Shown piece after piece: positions 8,833 to 18,490 of a stretch of DNA of 64,000 bases. Numbering within the stretch: the first letter of the stretch is position 1; every line of letters starts with the position of its first letter. The translations under genes were made by a program, and so were the position numbers. The stretch comes from Candidatus Omnitrophota bacterium (GTDB lineage Bacteria; Omnitrophota; Gorgyraeia; Duberdicusellales; 4484-171): assembly GCA_028713415.1 (NCBI GenBank), contig JAQTOI010000002.1:16689-80688 (forward strand), in the 5' to 3' direction. The notes under the pieces are model-generated. The model saw only the letters and a program-made list of their open reading frames with translations, had not been told where the DNA came from and ran no database searches.

Positions 8833-10278
8833 TTAAGCCCTTTCGCAAGCGTAGCTATGCTGAAATTTAGCTACTTTTAATTGATAGGCAAAAGTGAGCA
8901 GGTTCTGGATAAACCAGTAAAGAGTTAAACAGGCAGCAAAGTTATAGAACATTACTCCCATGAAAATAGCAAAAAATAAGGCCATTGATTGCTGTTCTTT
9001 ATTGGTGGCAGGAGTGGTAATTTTCTGCTGAACCAATGTCAACGCGACCATAAGCAAAGGCAGTAAATTCAGGTATTCGCCGACAAAAGGAATAGTCATG
9101 GGCAATTTCAAAATTCTATCAGGAAGCGTTAAATCTTTAATCCATAAGAAAGATACTCCTTTTACTTCCACAAAGCGCATAAAAACCTGCAAAAGCGCGA
9201 AAAATACCGGCATCTGAAACAAAAGGGGCAAACAGCCGCCTAAGGGATTAATCTTATATTTTTTGAATAATTCCGCCTGTTCTTTTTGCAGCTTAGCCAT
9301 ATTATCTTTGTATAGGCTTTTAAGTTTATCCAATTCCGGCTGGACTTGCGCCATTTTTTTCATGGCTTTTGTGCTTTGCATGGTAAAAGGGAAGAGAACG
9401 ATATAGGAAAAAGTTGTTAGCAAAATGATACTCAAACCCCAGCTTTTAGTCCAGGAATAAAAGAGGTGCAAAAACCAGGCTAAGATAACTCCTATGGCAT
9501 TAAAAAAACCATAATTTAGAACCCCTTCTAAGCCATGTTGCTTCAAATCATTTGTTGTCTGGGGGCCAATATAAAGAGAAATTGACGAAGAAGGCGAGGA
9601 GAGGAACAGTTCAACTTCAGTCTTTGTTTTTTGGGTTTTCAGGCTATATTTGCCTTTCAGAAGTGAAATGCAAAAATATTGGCTGCGGCTTCCGGCAAAA
9701 TTAACATTCTCATAGGATTCATTTTTTACTTTCTTAAAATTTTCGCGCCGGATATCGTTTTCCCGGACAAAAAATAGTTCCTGATACCCCTGTTCTAACA
9801 TATTGGAGGATAGAGAGTTGGAAAACAAAACCGCTTGTCCCTGCAAAGAAGAGGGGAGGGTTATTTTAAGAATATACCCGTCAAAATAAAACTCTTTTTT
9901 CTCGCCGTTTTCAGCCGTAAAAATAATGCTATTGCCTGCAATTTGAGCAGAAAACTTCTTATCGCGATCTTGCGGGATAAATCCGATATTCTTAAAACTC
10001 AACTCTTCCTGGTATTTTAACAGTAACAATTTTTTTATGTAACCACCTGTAGTAGAATAGGTTACATCAAAATTGCCTATTCTTACTTGAGATAGGTTTT
10101 CCTTTTCAGGCAGGTTTAAAGGCGATTCTTTGGGTTCTTCTTTCACTTCCTGCACTGGGGTGGAGGAAGAGGAGGATGCTGTCGGGGGTGTTTTTGGAAG
10201 ATATTTGGGTGCCAAAACACTATAACCTATTAGAAACAAAAGACTTAGCAAAAAAGCGTAAAGAAGGCGTTTTTCCAT
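8833..10278 (-). CDS. yidC: Membrane protein insertase YidC
   Basis: 481 aa with an N-terminal TM helix, a periplasmic domain, and a C-terminal 5-TM core (GGCLPLLFQMPVFFALLQVF). Confidence 0.85.
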   Translation of the reverse strand: MEKRLLYAFLLSLLFLIGYSVLAPKYLPKTPPTASSSSSTPVQEVKEEPKESPLNLPEKENLSQVRIGNFDVTYSTTGGYIKKLLLLKYQEELSFKNIGFIPQDRDKKFSAQIAGNSIIFTAENGEKKEFYFDGYILKITLPSSLQGQAVLFSNSLSSNMLEQGYQELFFVRENDIRRENFKKVKNESYENVNFAGSRSQYFCISLLKGKYSLKTQKTKTEVELFLSSPSSSISLYIGPQTTNDLKQHGLEGVLNYGFFNAIGVILAWFLHLFYSWTKSWGLSIILLTTFSYIVLFPFTMQSTKAMKKMAQVQPELDKLKSLYKDNMAKLQKEQAELFKKYKINPLGGCLPLLFQMPVFFALLQVFMRFVEVKGVSFLWIKDLTLPDRILKLPMTIPFVGEYLNLLPLLMVALTLVQQKITTPATNKEQQSMALFFAIFMGVMFYNFAACLTLYWFIQNLLTFAYQLKVAKFQHSYACERA

Positions 10279-10311
10279 TTTATTGTTTTTTTATGAGGAA
10301 ACTTTGCGCCA

Positions 10312-10548
10312 TCACAACCCGTTGCTGGTCCGAGAATGGTGCGTGGGTAAAGGGTCAAGGCCACCTCTGACAAAAGGATTACAGCGCAAAATTCGCGCGA
10401 TACTTAACATGCAAGCTTTTAAAAATGGGTATTGCAAAAAGGCTTGCCTGGCATATTGGGAACAACTTGGCTCATAAAGGCAATGTGAAGGAAAAAGAAA
10501 AGAAATTCGTTGATAAAGACCTATTAGAAAAAGAGCTAGGCGATTCAT
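10312..10548 (-). CDS. yidD: Membrane protein insertion efficiency factor YidD
   Basis: 78 aa with the YidD motifs ...[15 protein letters not shown]...[12 protein letters not shown]. Its start overlaps the rpmH stop (ATGA). Confidence 0.75.
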   Translation of the reverse strand: MNRLALFLIGLYQRISFLFPSHCLYEPSCSQYARQAFLQYPFLKACMLSIARILRCNPFVRGGLDPLPTHHSRTSNGL

Positions 10549-10685
10549 ACGGTAATTAGCTGCTTGCGCCCTTTTTTCCTTCGTCTAGCCAATACATTCC
10601 TGCCGGAATGGCTTGCCATTCTCTTACGGAAACCGTGCCTTCTTTTGCCGCGCACGTTGGTGGGAGTGGTCAAAGTTAGTTTCAT
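10545..10685 (-). CDS. rpmH: 50S ribosomal protein L34
   Basis: Hand-translated 46-aa minus-strand [49 protein letters not shown]. It is below the track's length cutoff. The bL34 motif HGFR.RM....GR.VL.RRR.KGRK is present. Confidence 0.8.
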   Translation of the reverse strand: MKLTLTTPTNVRGKRRHGFRKRMASHSGRNVLARRRKKGRKQLITV

Positions 10686-10778
10686 AGGTCAAGATTTTAA
10701 CACACTGCTTTTTTATGTCAATAATTTTTATGGATATTTCTAAAAAAATGTTAATATGACACCGCAGAATCGCAAAAT

Positions 10779-10810
10779 CCCTGCCTGCGTCGAAACTTCG
10801 GTAGGCAGGC
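10779..10810. repeat. REP-like GC palindrome variant with nested hairpin (CCCTGCCTGC-gtcgaaacttcggt-AGGCAGGC)
   Basis: The same CCTGCCTGC/GCAGGCAGG arms flank an inner CGAA-AC-TTCG hairpin, upstream of rpmH. Confidence 0.5.
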
Positions 10811-11145
10811 CGCAAAAATGCTAAGGGAAGACGAAAAGTAAGCTCGAGAAATAAGCAAATCCATTCTTTGTATCTCTTTTTGCGCTTTTGCGCATCCTTT
10901 GCGTCCGCCTTCGCTAACGCTTCGGCCTGGCTTCGCCGAAGGCTACGCCGAGGCGAGCGAGACCTCTCCGAAGCTCGAAGAACGAAGGAGGGTCTTTACG
11001 GTGTAAAAATATTTCCTGAAAACTCCTGAAAATAATTGTATAGATATTTATCAAAGGAATGATATAATATCCGAGGTTTGCGTGGGCGCATAAGTGTTAA
11101 ATGAGGCTATCTTGCGCTCGCAATTACTAATGGTATAATAAAAAT

Positions 11146-11724
11146 ATGCTTATGGCTGTAGAAAAAGAAAAAAAAGATTTACGTATAAGCCTGCTGGAGA
11201 AGCTGTTGTCTCTGGCCCAAGAAGAAATAAAAAGGAGGAGTAAAAATGTTGAACAACGCCTATCGAGCTTACCTATATATAAAGAAGCAAAAGTTATCAT
11301 GGCTTATTACCCTCTAAAAGGGGAAGTAGATATACTGGAGATGATTAGGAAGGCGAATAAAAAAAGATTTTGTTTTCCCGTGATGGATCTTAAAACCGGG
11401 GGCCTTAGGGCATTTGAGGTTTCCAACCTTGATACCGATTTTATTAGAGGGCCTTTCGGCGTTAGAGAACCCGACAGGGACAAAGCGAAAGAAGTTGATA
11501 TTGCGGAAATAGACTTGGTTATTGTACCGGGCTTAGGTTTTGACCACAAAAGAAACAGGTTAGGCAGAGGCGCCGGCTTCTATGACCGCTTCCTGAAGAA
11601 AATTAAACCTCCCACAAAAAAAGTGGGCATCGCTTTTGATTTCCAAATCTTAGAAAGCCTTCCTATTCATCAGTCGCTTGACGAAACAGTGGATGTTGTC
11701 GTCGGCGAAAATTTCCAAATTTAG
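11146..11724 (+). CDS. 5-formyltetrahydrofolate cyclo-ligase (MTHFS)
   Basis: 192 aa with ...VIMAYYPLKGEVDILEM... and VDLVIVPGLGFDHKRNRLGRGAGFYDRFL, typical 5-FCL motifs. Confidence 0.75.
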   Translation: MLMAVEKEKKDLRISLLEKLLSLAQEEIKRRSKNVEQRLSSLPIYKEAKVIMAYYPLKGEVDILEMIRKANKKRFCFPVMDLKTGGLRAFEVSNLDTDFIRGPFGVREPDRDKAKEVDIAEIDLVIVPGLGFDHKRNRLGRGAGFYDRFLKKIKPPTKKVGIAFDFQILESLPIHQSLDETVDVVVGENFQI

Positions 11725-11911
11725 CATATTTTAATTTTATCAAATTAGCTAGGGAGTAATGAATTTATAATACCCCTACAGCTAAAAACGTCGAAAATTT
11801 AGTCTAAATTTTCTCGTTGCTGTCGGGGTCAATTCGAACTAAGCACTTTTTCTGCAGGCCCGCCTATCGGCGGTCAGCTTGAAAAAGCGCAAGTCTCATT
11901 GAGGAGGAACC

Positions 11912-13462
11912 ATGCAAATTCTTTACACATTTATAGGTGTGCTAATCGGCATATTTTGCGGCTGGTGGCTGGGAGAGATTTTTGAAAAAAATAAACTAAA
12001 AAAAGCACAGGAAGACGCAACAAAGATCTTAAAAGAGGCAAAGGCAAAAGCAGATGAAGTCTTGCGTAAAGCCGATTTAGACGGCAAAGAGCTGCTTTAT
12101 AAGTTGCGTGTTGAATTTGAAAAACAGAACGCTTCCAAAAAAGAAGAATTATTTCAACTAGAGAAAAGACTGACCCAGCGTGAAGAGAATTTAGAGAAGC
12201 GGCTTGATTTCATCGAGAACAAAGAGCAGGAATTAAACCGCAAAGAAGTGAGCTTAAAGAATCTTTCCGAGGAGTTGACCAAAAAAGACGAGGCGTTAAG
12301 GCAGCTAATTGAGGAGGAGAAAGAGAAACTAAAAAGAATCTCTTCGTTGACCCAAACTGAAGCGCGTGAACTGCTCTTAAAACGCTACGAAGAGGAGTTA
12401 CGCAGCGAAAAAGCAAAAATGCTTAAGCAAATGGAAGAAGAGATTAAAGAGGAAGCTGACAAAAAAGCAAAAGAAATAATAACGCTTTCTATACAACGCT
12501 GCGCCGTAGAGCATTCGACAGAGAGCACGGTGAGTGTTGTGCCTCTTCCAAATGATGAAATAAAAGGGAGGATAATCGGCCGCGAAGGAAGAAATATCCG
12601 GGCATTTGAGATGGCGACCGGAGTTGACCTGGTCATTGACGATACTCCGGAAGCGGTAAATCTTTCAAGCTTTGATCCTATCAGGCGCGAAATTGCCCGC
12701 CTCTCACTTGAAAAATTAGTCCAGGACGGCAGAATTCATCCTGCGCGCATCGAAGAAATAGTGGACAAAACCAAACAGGAATTTGATAAACAACTGCTTG
12801 AGGAAGGCAAAAATGCTGCTTTTGAAGTGGGGATTCATAACCTGCACCCTGAATTAATAAAATTACTGGGTAAGCTGCGTTACAGAACGAGTTTCGGCCA
12901 GAACGCCCTGCAACACTGCAAAGAAGTGGCGTTTATCATGAGCGTATTGGCATCTGAACTGGGGCTTGACTCGCGTATTGCAAAAAAAGTCGGGCTCCTG
13001 CATGATATAGGAAAAGCCGTTGACCATCAGGTGGAAGGTACTCACGCCCAAATCGGCGCTGAACTCTTAAGGAAGTATGGAGAGAACGAAGTGGTCATAA
13101 ACGCCGCGGAAGCGCACCATGAAGAGGCAGAGTTTAAATCCATTTATTCTCTGCTTACCCTGATTGCCGATGCAATTTCAGCTTCGCGGCCCGGCGCGCG
13201 CAGGGAAACGCTTGAAACATACATCAAGCGCCTTAATGAACTGGAAACAGTGGCAAACTCTTTTGACGGTGTTGACAAAAGTTACGCTATACAGGCTGGG
13301 CGCGAGATACGCGTTATTGTGCAACCCAACAAGGTTAAGGATGAGGAGATAACACTGCTTGCTCATGAGATTAAGAAAAAAATAGAGCAGGAGATGGATT
13401 ATCCCGGCAACATCAAAATCACTTTAATCAGAGAAACGCGGGCGGTTGATTACGCTAAATAA
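11912..13462 (+). CDS. rny: Ribonuclease Y
   Basis: N-terminal TM helix, a long coiled-coil, a KH domain ([15 protein letters not shown]), and an HD domain ([25 protein letters not shown]). Confidence 0.85.
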   Translation: MQILYTFIGVLIGIFCGWWLGEIFEKNKLKKAQEDATKILKEAKAKADEVLRKADLDGKELLYKLRVEFEKQNASKKEELFQLEKRLTQREENLEKRLDFIENKEQELNRKEVSLKNLSEELTKKDEALRQLIEEEKEKLKRISSLTQTEARELLLKRYEEELRSEKAKMLKQMEEEIKEEADKKAKEIITLSIQRCAVEHSTESTVSVVPLPNDEIKGRIIGREGRNIRAFEMATGVDLVIDDTPEAVNLSSFDPIRREIARLSLEKLVQDGRIHPARIEEIVDKTKQEFDKQLLEEGKNAAFEVGIHNLHPELIKLLGKLRYRTSFGQNALQHCKEVAFIMSVLASELGLDSRIAKKVGLLHDIGKAVDHQVEGTHAQIGAELLRKYGENEVVINAAEAHHEEAEFKSIYSLLTLIADAISASRPGARRETLETYIKRLNELETVANSFDGVDKSYAIQAGREIRVIVQPNKVKDEEITLLAHEIKKKIEQEMDYPGNIKITLIRETRAVDYAK

Positions 13463-13615
13463 ACGCGAATCACCACTGATTCGGGACGAATTACCACGAA
13501 TAAAAAAGGTTGTATAATGCGACTTTGACGAGAATTATCGATAATGAGCGTTATAAAAAAAATTCACACTGATTTTAAAGATGATGTAAAATATATTAAC
13601 TTTTAATCTAGGGTT

Positions 13616-14413
13616 ATGAAAATATTATTTCTCGGCGATATTGTCGGCAAGCCGGCGCGTGTTTATCTTAAGGAGCTCCTGCCGTCTTTGCGCAGCACGC
13701 TTTCGCTTGATTTTATTATCGCCAACGGCGAAAATGCAGCTGGTGGCTCAAGCTTAACTCCTGATACAGCTCAAGAAATCTTTGAATCAGGAGTTGACGT
13801 AGTCACTACCGGCGACCATATTTTTAAGAAACAGGAAGCAAAAGAAGTACTGGCCACTATGGATGTAATCCGGCCGTTAAACTATGGAGAGCTCGCCTCT
13901 GGCCGTGGATATATAATTAAAGAATCGAAAGGGAAAAAAATAGGCGTGATTAATCTTCTGGGAAGAGTATTTATGCAGCCGGTGGACTGTCCCTTTAAAA
14001 CGATACGGGATACCTTGGAAAATATTAAAAAAGAGGCTAAGGTTATTATTGTAGACATGCACGCCGAAGCAACCAGCGAAAAATTAGCCATGGGTTATTT
14101 TTTAGCCGGCAAAGTAAGCGCTTGTTTGGGCACGCATACCCACATACCTACGGCGGATGAAAAGATCATTGATAACTACACTGCCTACATAACCGATCTT
14201 GGGATGACCGGAAGTTTTGACTCCGTCTTAGGCAGGGAAAAACATCAAATTATTGAGCGTTTTTTAACCAATATGCCGGTGCGCTTTAACCTTGCGCAGG
14301 GAGATGTGCGCGCGCAGGGCCTCATTATGGAAATCGATGACCAAACAGGAGGAGCGTTATCAATAGAGCGGGTGGAATACAGAAAAGACGATAAAACAGG
14401 AGGGGCGCTATGA
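13616..14413 (+). CDS. ymdB: YmdB-family metallophosphoesterase (2',3'-cyclic-nucleotide phosphodiesterase)
   Basis: MKILFLGDIVGKPAR...IANGENAAGG is the TIGR00282-type N-terminus. The conserved rny-ymdB pairing is present. Confidence 0.75.
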   Translation: MKILFLGDIVGKPARVYLKELLPSLRSTLSLDFIIANGENAAGGSSLTPDTAQEIFESGVDVVTTGDHIFKKQEAKEVLATMDVIRPLNYGELASGRGYIIKESKGKKIGVINLLGRVFMQPVDCPFKTIRDTLENIKKEAKVIIVDMHAEATSEKLAMGYFLAGKVSACLGTHTHIPTADEKIIDNYTAYITDLGMTGSFDSVLGREKHQIIERFLTNMPVRFNLAQGDVRAQGLIMEIDDQTGGALSIERVEYRKDDKTGGAL

Positions 14414-14775
14414 GCTGGGAAGGAATAGAAAAAAGAAGGTTTGTGCGCGCTAATTTTCCTTGCGAGATTGCTATTTTTGCTCCTAAAGAACATACCGTTT
14501 CTACGCATACCGAAAATATCGGTGCCGGCGGCATACGTGTAATCATTGAAGAAAAACTAGATATCGGCTCTTTTGTGAGATTACAGCTCTATCTCTACGA
14601 AGAAAATGAGCCGATTATGTGCGAGGGAAAAATAGTCTGGATGTTTGAAAAAGAGAGCCGTTACCGTAAAAATTTGGTTTTTTTCGATACAGGCATAGAA
14701 TTTCACAGCATGAAAGAGGCAGATAGAATAAGAATAAAAAATTTAGTAGAAGCAATAGTGCTGGGTAAAAAATGA
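14410..14775 (+). CDS. PilZ domain protein (putative c-di-GMP receptor)
   Basis: 121 aa. RRFVRANFPCEIAIF... fits the PilZ RxxxR ... D/NxSxGG pattern (ENIGAGGIRV). It overlaps both neighbouring genes by 4 nt. Confidence 0.6.
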   Translation: MSWEGIEKRRFVRANFPCEIAIFAPKEHTVSTHTENIGAGGIRVIIEEKLDIGSFVRLQLYLYEENEPIMCEGKIVWMFEKESRYRKNLVFFDTGIEFHSMKEADRIRIKNLVEAIVLGKK

Positions 14776-16655
14776 TATTGGATAAAATAACCACACCGGC
14801 TGACCTGAAACGCTTAAGCTTAGAGGAGCTAAAATCGTTAAGCGAAGAAGTTAGGGGCTTGATGATTGACGTTGTCTCGAAAAAAGGCGGCCATTTAGCC
14901 TCATCTCTTGGGTCGGTAGATTTATGCATTGCGCTTCACTATTGCCTCAACGCTCCGGATGATTCGTTACTTTTTGATGTGGGCCATCAGGCCTATGCGC
15001 ACAAAATTATTACCGGCAGAAAAGATTCCTTTGCCAGCTTACGCCAATATAAAGGCTTAAGCGGATTTCCTAATTACCGGGAATCGGCTTTTGACGTCTA
15101 TACCTGCGGGCACGCCTCAACCGCGATTTCCTGGGCGCAAGGCATCGCTGAAGCTAAACGCCTAAAACAGGAAACTTCTAAAACCGTAGCAATTGTCGGC
15201 GACGGAAGTTTAACCGGGGGCATGTGTTTTGAAGCCTTAAACAGCTGCGGACACGCGCAAAGTGACGTTTTAATTATTCTTAATAATAACGAGTTAAGTA
15301 TCGCGCCTAGCGTGGGGGCGCTGAGCAATTACCTTAATAAAATTATTTCTGCTCCGGTATATAACCGCATTAAAGCAGAACTGGAAACTTTTCTTAAGCA
15401 CTTTCAGGTAGTAAAAAAATTATCCCCTACGGTAAGAAAATTCGAAGAAGCAATAAAGGGGTTAATTGTGCCGGGGATATTTTTCGAGGAACTCGGCTTT
15501 CGTTATTTCGGGCCTATTGACGGCCACAACCTGGAAGCGCTTATTCCTACCTTAAAAAACTTACTCACGCTAAAAGGCCCGCGGCTTCTTCACGTTATTA
15601 CCAAGAAGGGCAAAGGGTATAGGCACGCTGAACGTAACCCTGAAGATTTCCACAGCGCCGGAGCGTTTAATGTAGAGACGGGAAAACCCCTTAAAGAGGC
15701 GCAAGATTCTTTCGGCGAAATCTTAGCCAAAAAACTTATTGAGTTGGCGGGCGTTGATGAGCGCGTTGTGGCTATTACCGCGGCAATGCCTAAAGGAACA
15801 GGTTTAAACCTGTTTGCGGATAAATTTCCCAAGCGTTTCTTTGACGTCGGTATTGCCGAGGGCCATGCCGTAGGCTTGGCTTCAGGGCTTGCCAAAAAAG
15901 GCTTAAAGCCGGTGGTAGCTATTTATTCTACCTTCCTGCAGCGGGCTTTTGACCAAATCATACATGATGTTGCTTTGCAAAATTGTGGAGTAATTTTTGC
16001 CATCGACCGAGCGGGGGCAGTGGGAGAAGACGGCCCCACCCATCACGGGGTATTTGATATAGGTTATATGCGCCTCATACCGGAAATGGTTTGCATGGCG
16101 CCCAAAGATAAAGAAGAAATAGAGGATATGCTCAAATTTGCTCTCTCTTTAGATGCGCCTTCGAGCATCCGCTACCCAAAAGGCGAAGCTTATTCTTTAG
16201 GCATACGCAAACCTATTGAGCTGGGAAAAGCAGAGGTCATACTTGAAGGAAAAGATGTCTGCATAGTTGCTCTTGGCTCAATGGTAAAAACCGCGCTTGA
16301 GTGCGCGGAAATTTTAAAAGAATCCGGCATAAGCGTTTTTCTGGTGAATGCCCGCTTCATAAAACCGCTTGATGAAGCCCTCTTGCAAGATGTAGCCAAT
16401 AAATTCAATCTGATCGTTACCCTGGAAGAAGGAAATCTCAATGCAGGTTTTGGCAGCGCCGTCTTAGAATTTTACGATAAAGAGGAACTTTCTCGCAACA
16501 TGAAACTTATCAGGGCAGGTTTTCCTGATGAGTTTATCACAAACGCAAAGCGCGAAGACCTCTTGAAGATGTACGGACTGGATGCCAAATCGCTTGCGCG
16601 AAGGATAAAAAAAGTGCTTCTGAAGGAAGAGCCCATATGGCAGAAGTCACGATAA
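14772..16655 (+). CDS. dxs: 1-deoxy-D-xylulose-5-phosphate synthase
   Basis: 627 aa with a TPP-binding N-terminus (GGHLASSLGSVDLCIALHY...GHQAYAHKIITGR) and the transketolase-like central and C-terminal domains. Confidence 0.9.
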   Translation: MILDKITTPADLKRLSLEELKSLSEEVRGLMIDVVSKKGGHLASSLGSVDLCIALHYCLNAPDDSLLFDVGHQAYAHKIITGRKDSFASLRQYKGLSGFPNYRESAFDVYTCGHASTAISWAQGIAEAKRLKQETSKTVAIVGDGSLTGGMCFEALNSCGHAQSDVLIILNNNELSIAPSVGALSNYLNKIISAPVYNRIKAELETFLKHFQVVKKLSPTVRKFEEAIKGLIVPGIFFEELGFRYFGPIDGHNLEALIPTLKNLLTLKGPRLLHVITKKGKGYRHAERNPEDFHSAGAFNVETGKPLKEAQDSFGEILAKKLIELAGVDERVVAITAAMPKGTGLNLFADKFPKRFFDVGIAEGHAVGLASGLAKKGLKPVVAIYSTFLQRAFDQIIHDVALQNCGVIFAIDRAGAVGEDGPTHHGVFDIGYMRLIPEMVCMAPKDKEEIEDMLKFALSLDAPSSIRYPKGEAYSLGIRKPIELGKAEVILEGKDVCIVALGSMVKTALECAEILKESGISVFLVNARFIKPLDEALLQDVANKFNLIVTLEEGNLNAGFGSAVLEFYDKEELSRNMKLIRAGFPDEFITNAKREDLLKMYGLDAKSLARRIKKVLLKEEPIWQKSR

Positions 16656-16840
16656 AAAAAGATAAATGCAAAGGCTGCCAGTTATGCCTCATCCACTGCC
16701 CCGCAGGGCATCTTGTATTATCATCAAAATTAAATAAAAGAGGGGTTAAGTCTGTCGAGATTAAGCCCGGTACAAAATGTTCCGGGTGTACTTTCTGCTT
16801 TTTGATGTGCCCGGATGCGTGCATCGCGATAAGTAAATAA
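16637..16840 (+). CDS. 2-oxoacid:ferredoxin oxidoreductase delta subunit (2x[4Fe-4S] ferredoxin)
   Basis: 67 aa with two CxxCxxCxxxCP clusters (CKGCQLCLIHCP, CSGCTFCFLMCP). It overlaps the dxs 3' end by 19 nt. Confidence 0.65.
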   Translation: MAEVTIKKDKCKGCQLCLIHCPAGHLVLSSKLNKRGVKSVEIKPGTKCSGCTFCFLMCPDACIAISK

Positions 16841-16873
16841 AAGCTATCAGCGATCAGCCATCAGTTGTCAGCT
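16841..16873. repeat. Word-repeat inverted repeat, left arm (AGCTaTCAGCgaTCAGCcaTCAGTtgTCAGCT)
   Basis: The reverse complement of 17229-17260 (AGCTctCAGCcgTCAGCtcTCAGTcaTCAGCT) differs only in the dinucleotide spacers between TCAGC words. The two arms bracket the AT-rich ORF 16874-17203. Confidence 0.6.
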
Positions 16874-17203
16874 ATGAAAAAAAATATTAAGGTCTCGTTA
16901 TTTTACAATGTTTTCATTGTGATTTTTGTGTTTGCGCTTGAAATAAATGCAGACGATACAACGGGAATGGGATTACTTTGGATTCTAATCCTATTAATAC
17001 CGATAACCGTACTCCACGCTGCTCGGATTCTTTACGTTTTTTTCAAAAAACATGATAAAAGCTTTAATAAGGCTTTGTTAAACGTTTTGGGAGTAGTTGG
17101 TATCAATATCTGTGCGTTTTTTATGGATATTTTACTCGTAGTAGTAACGCTCAACTTATTGGATAGAGTAAATATTATCCATACAGAACTCATTGGCTCT
17201 TGA
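16874..17203 (+). CDS. Hypothetical small membrane protein, AT-rich insert inside the oxidoreductase operon
   Basis: About 109 aa from ATG 16874 (the track ORF starts at TTG 16865). It is very hydrophobic, Ile/Phe/Leu/Asn-rich and has about 33% GC against about 48% in the flanking genes. It is flanked by inverted word-repeats at 16841-16873 and 17229-17260. Confidence 0.4.
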   Translation: MKKNIKVSLFYNVFIVIFVFALEINADDTTGMGLLWILILLIPITVLHAARILYVFFKKHDKSFNKALLNVLGVVGINICAFFMDILLVVVTLNLLDRVNIIHTELIGS

Positions 17204-17228
17204 ACGCATCAGTTTATAAGAGATAAAA

Positions 17229-17260
17229 AGCTGATGACTGAGAGCTGACGGCTGAGAGCT
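17229..17260. repeat. Word-repeat inverted repeat, right arm (AGCTGATGACTGAGAGCTGACGGCTGAGAGCT)
   Basis: See the left arm at 16841-16873. Confidence 0.6.
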
Positions 17261-18313
17261 ATGAATAATAAAATATTACTATCAGGCAACGAAGCTATGG
17301 GCGAAGCCGCTATACGTGCCGGCTGCCGCTTCTATGCCGGCTACCCCATAACGCCACAAAACGAGCTAACCGCATACATGGCAAAAAGAATGCATCAGGA
17401 AAAAAGGATTTTTATCCAGGCGGAAAGCGAATTGGCGGCGATTAATATGGTTTTTGGCGCATCTTCCACGGGGGCCAGGGCAATGACCTCTTCTTCAAGC
17501 CCGGGAATTTCTTTAAAACAAGAAGGTATTTCATATATGGCCGGAACACAATTGCCTGCGGTTATAATTAATGTGATGCGCGGAGGGCCGGGATTAGGGA
17601 ATATCTCTTCAAGCCAGAGTGATTACTTCCAGTCAACACGCGGAGGCGGACATGGAGATTACTTTACGCCCACACTTGCACCCGCAAGCGCTCAAGAAGC
17701 TGCAGAGCTTACGATGCTCTCGTTTGATATGGCGGATTATTACAGGACGCCCGTATTAATCTTAGCTGATGCGATTATCGGGCAGATGATGGAACCATTA
17801 ATCCTGCCGCAGAAAAGCACCTTTACAAAAAAACTCGCGGCAAAAAGCTGGGCTTTAACTGGAGCGGACAAGCGGGCTCCCAACATCGTGCGCTCACTGT
17901 TTTTAGGGGAAGGGATGCTCCAGGCGCACAACGAAATGTTGCGTAAAAAATGGGAAACTATAAAAAATAACGAACAGCGCCATGAGGCCTATAAAACAGA
18001 AGATGCCAGATATCTGATTATCGCCTACGGTTCACAGGCGCGCATAGCAATTGATGTAATCGATTCTTTAAGAAAACAAAATATAAAAGCCGGGCTATTT
18101 CGCCCGGTGAGCCTCTGGCCCTATCCTGAAAAAGCATTGCGGCAAATCAGCAAAAAAATAAAAAAGGTTTTTGTCGTTGAGCAATCACTGGGCCAGATGA
18201 TAGAGGATGTGCGTTTGAGTTTGCCGGGCGAAGAAATACATTTTTTTGGAAAAGCCGGAGGAGGAATCCCGACGGTTGAGGAAATTATAAAATTTGTAAA
18301 AAGAAATTACTAA
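17261..18313 (+). CDS. 2-oxoacid:ferredoxin oxidoreductase alpha subunit (KorA/VorB-type)
   Basis: 350 aa. The N-terminus MNNKILLSGNEAMGEAAIRAGCRFYAGYPITPQNEL is typical of KOR/POR alpha subunits. Confidence 0.8.
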   Translation: MNNKILLSGNEAMGEAAIRAGCRFYAGYPITPQNELTAYMAKRMHQEKRIFIQAESELAAINMVFGASSTGARAMTSSSSPGISLKQEGISYMAGTQLPAVIINVMRGGPGLGNISSSQSDYFQSTRGGGHGDYFTPTLAPASAQEAAELTMLSFDMADYYRTPVLILADAIIGQMMEPLILPQKSTFTKKLAAKSWALTGADKRAPNIVRSLFLGEGMLQAHNEMLRKKWETIKNNEQRHEAYKTEDARYLIIAYGSQARIAIDVIDSLRKQNIKAGLFRPVSLWPYPEKALRQISKKIKKVFVVEQSLGQMIEDVRLSLPGEEIHFFGKAGGGIPTVEEIIKFVKRNY

Positions 18314-18326
18314 AACGAAATTAAAA

Positions 18327-18348
18327 ATCACAAATTCCCTGCCTTGCC
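18327..18348. repeat. REP-like GC palindrome (CCCTGCCTTGCCGGCAGGCAGG), copy 3
   Basis: Lies just after the korA stop and probably serves as a terminator or stabiliser hairpin. Confidence 0.6.
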
Positions 18349-18490
18349 GGCAGGCAGGCAAATTACAAATAAATTCCAATAACCAATGGCCGAATTATCT
18401 AAAACGGAAAGCTGTTTGGAATTTTGGTAATTAAAATTTGGATATTGTTTGTAATTTGATGCTTGGAGATTGGAATTTTAAAAAGTTATT

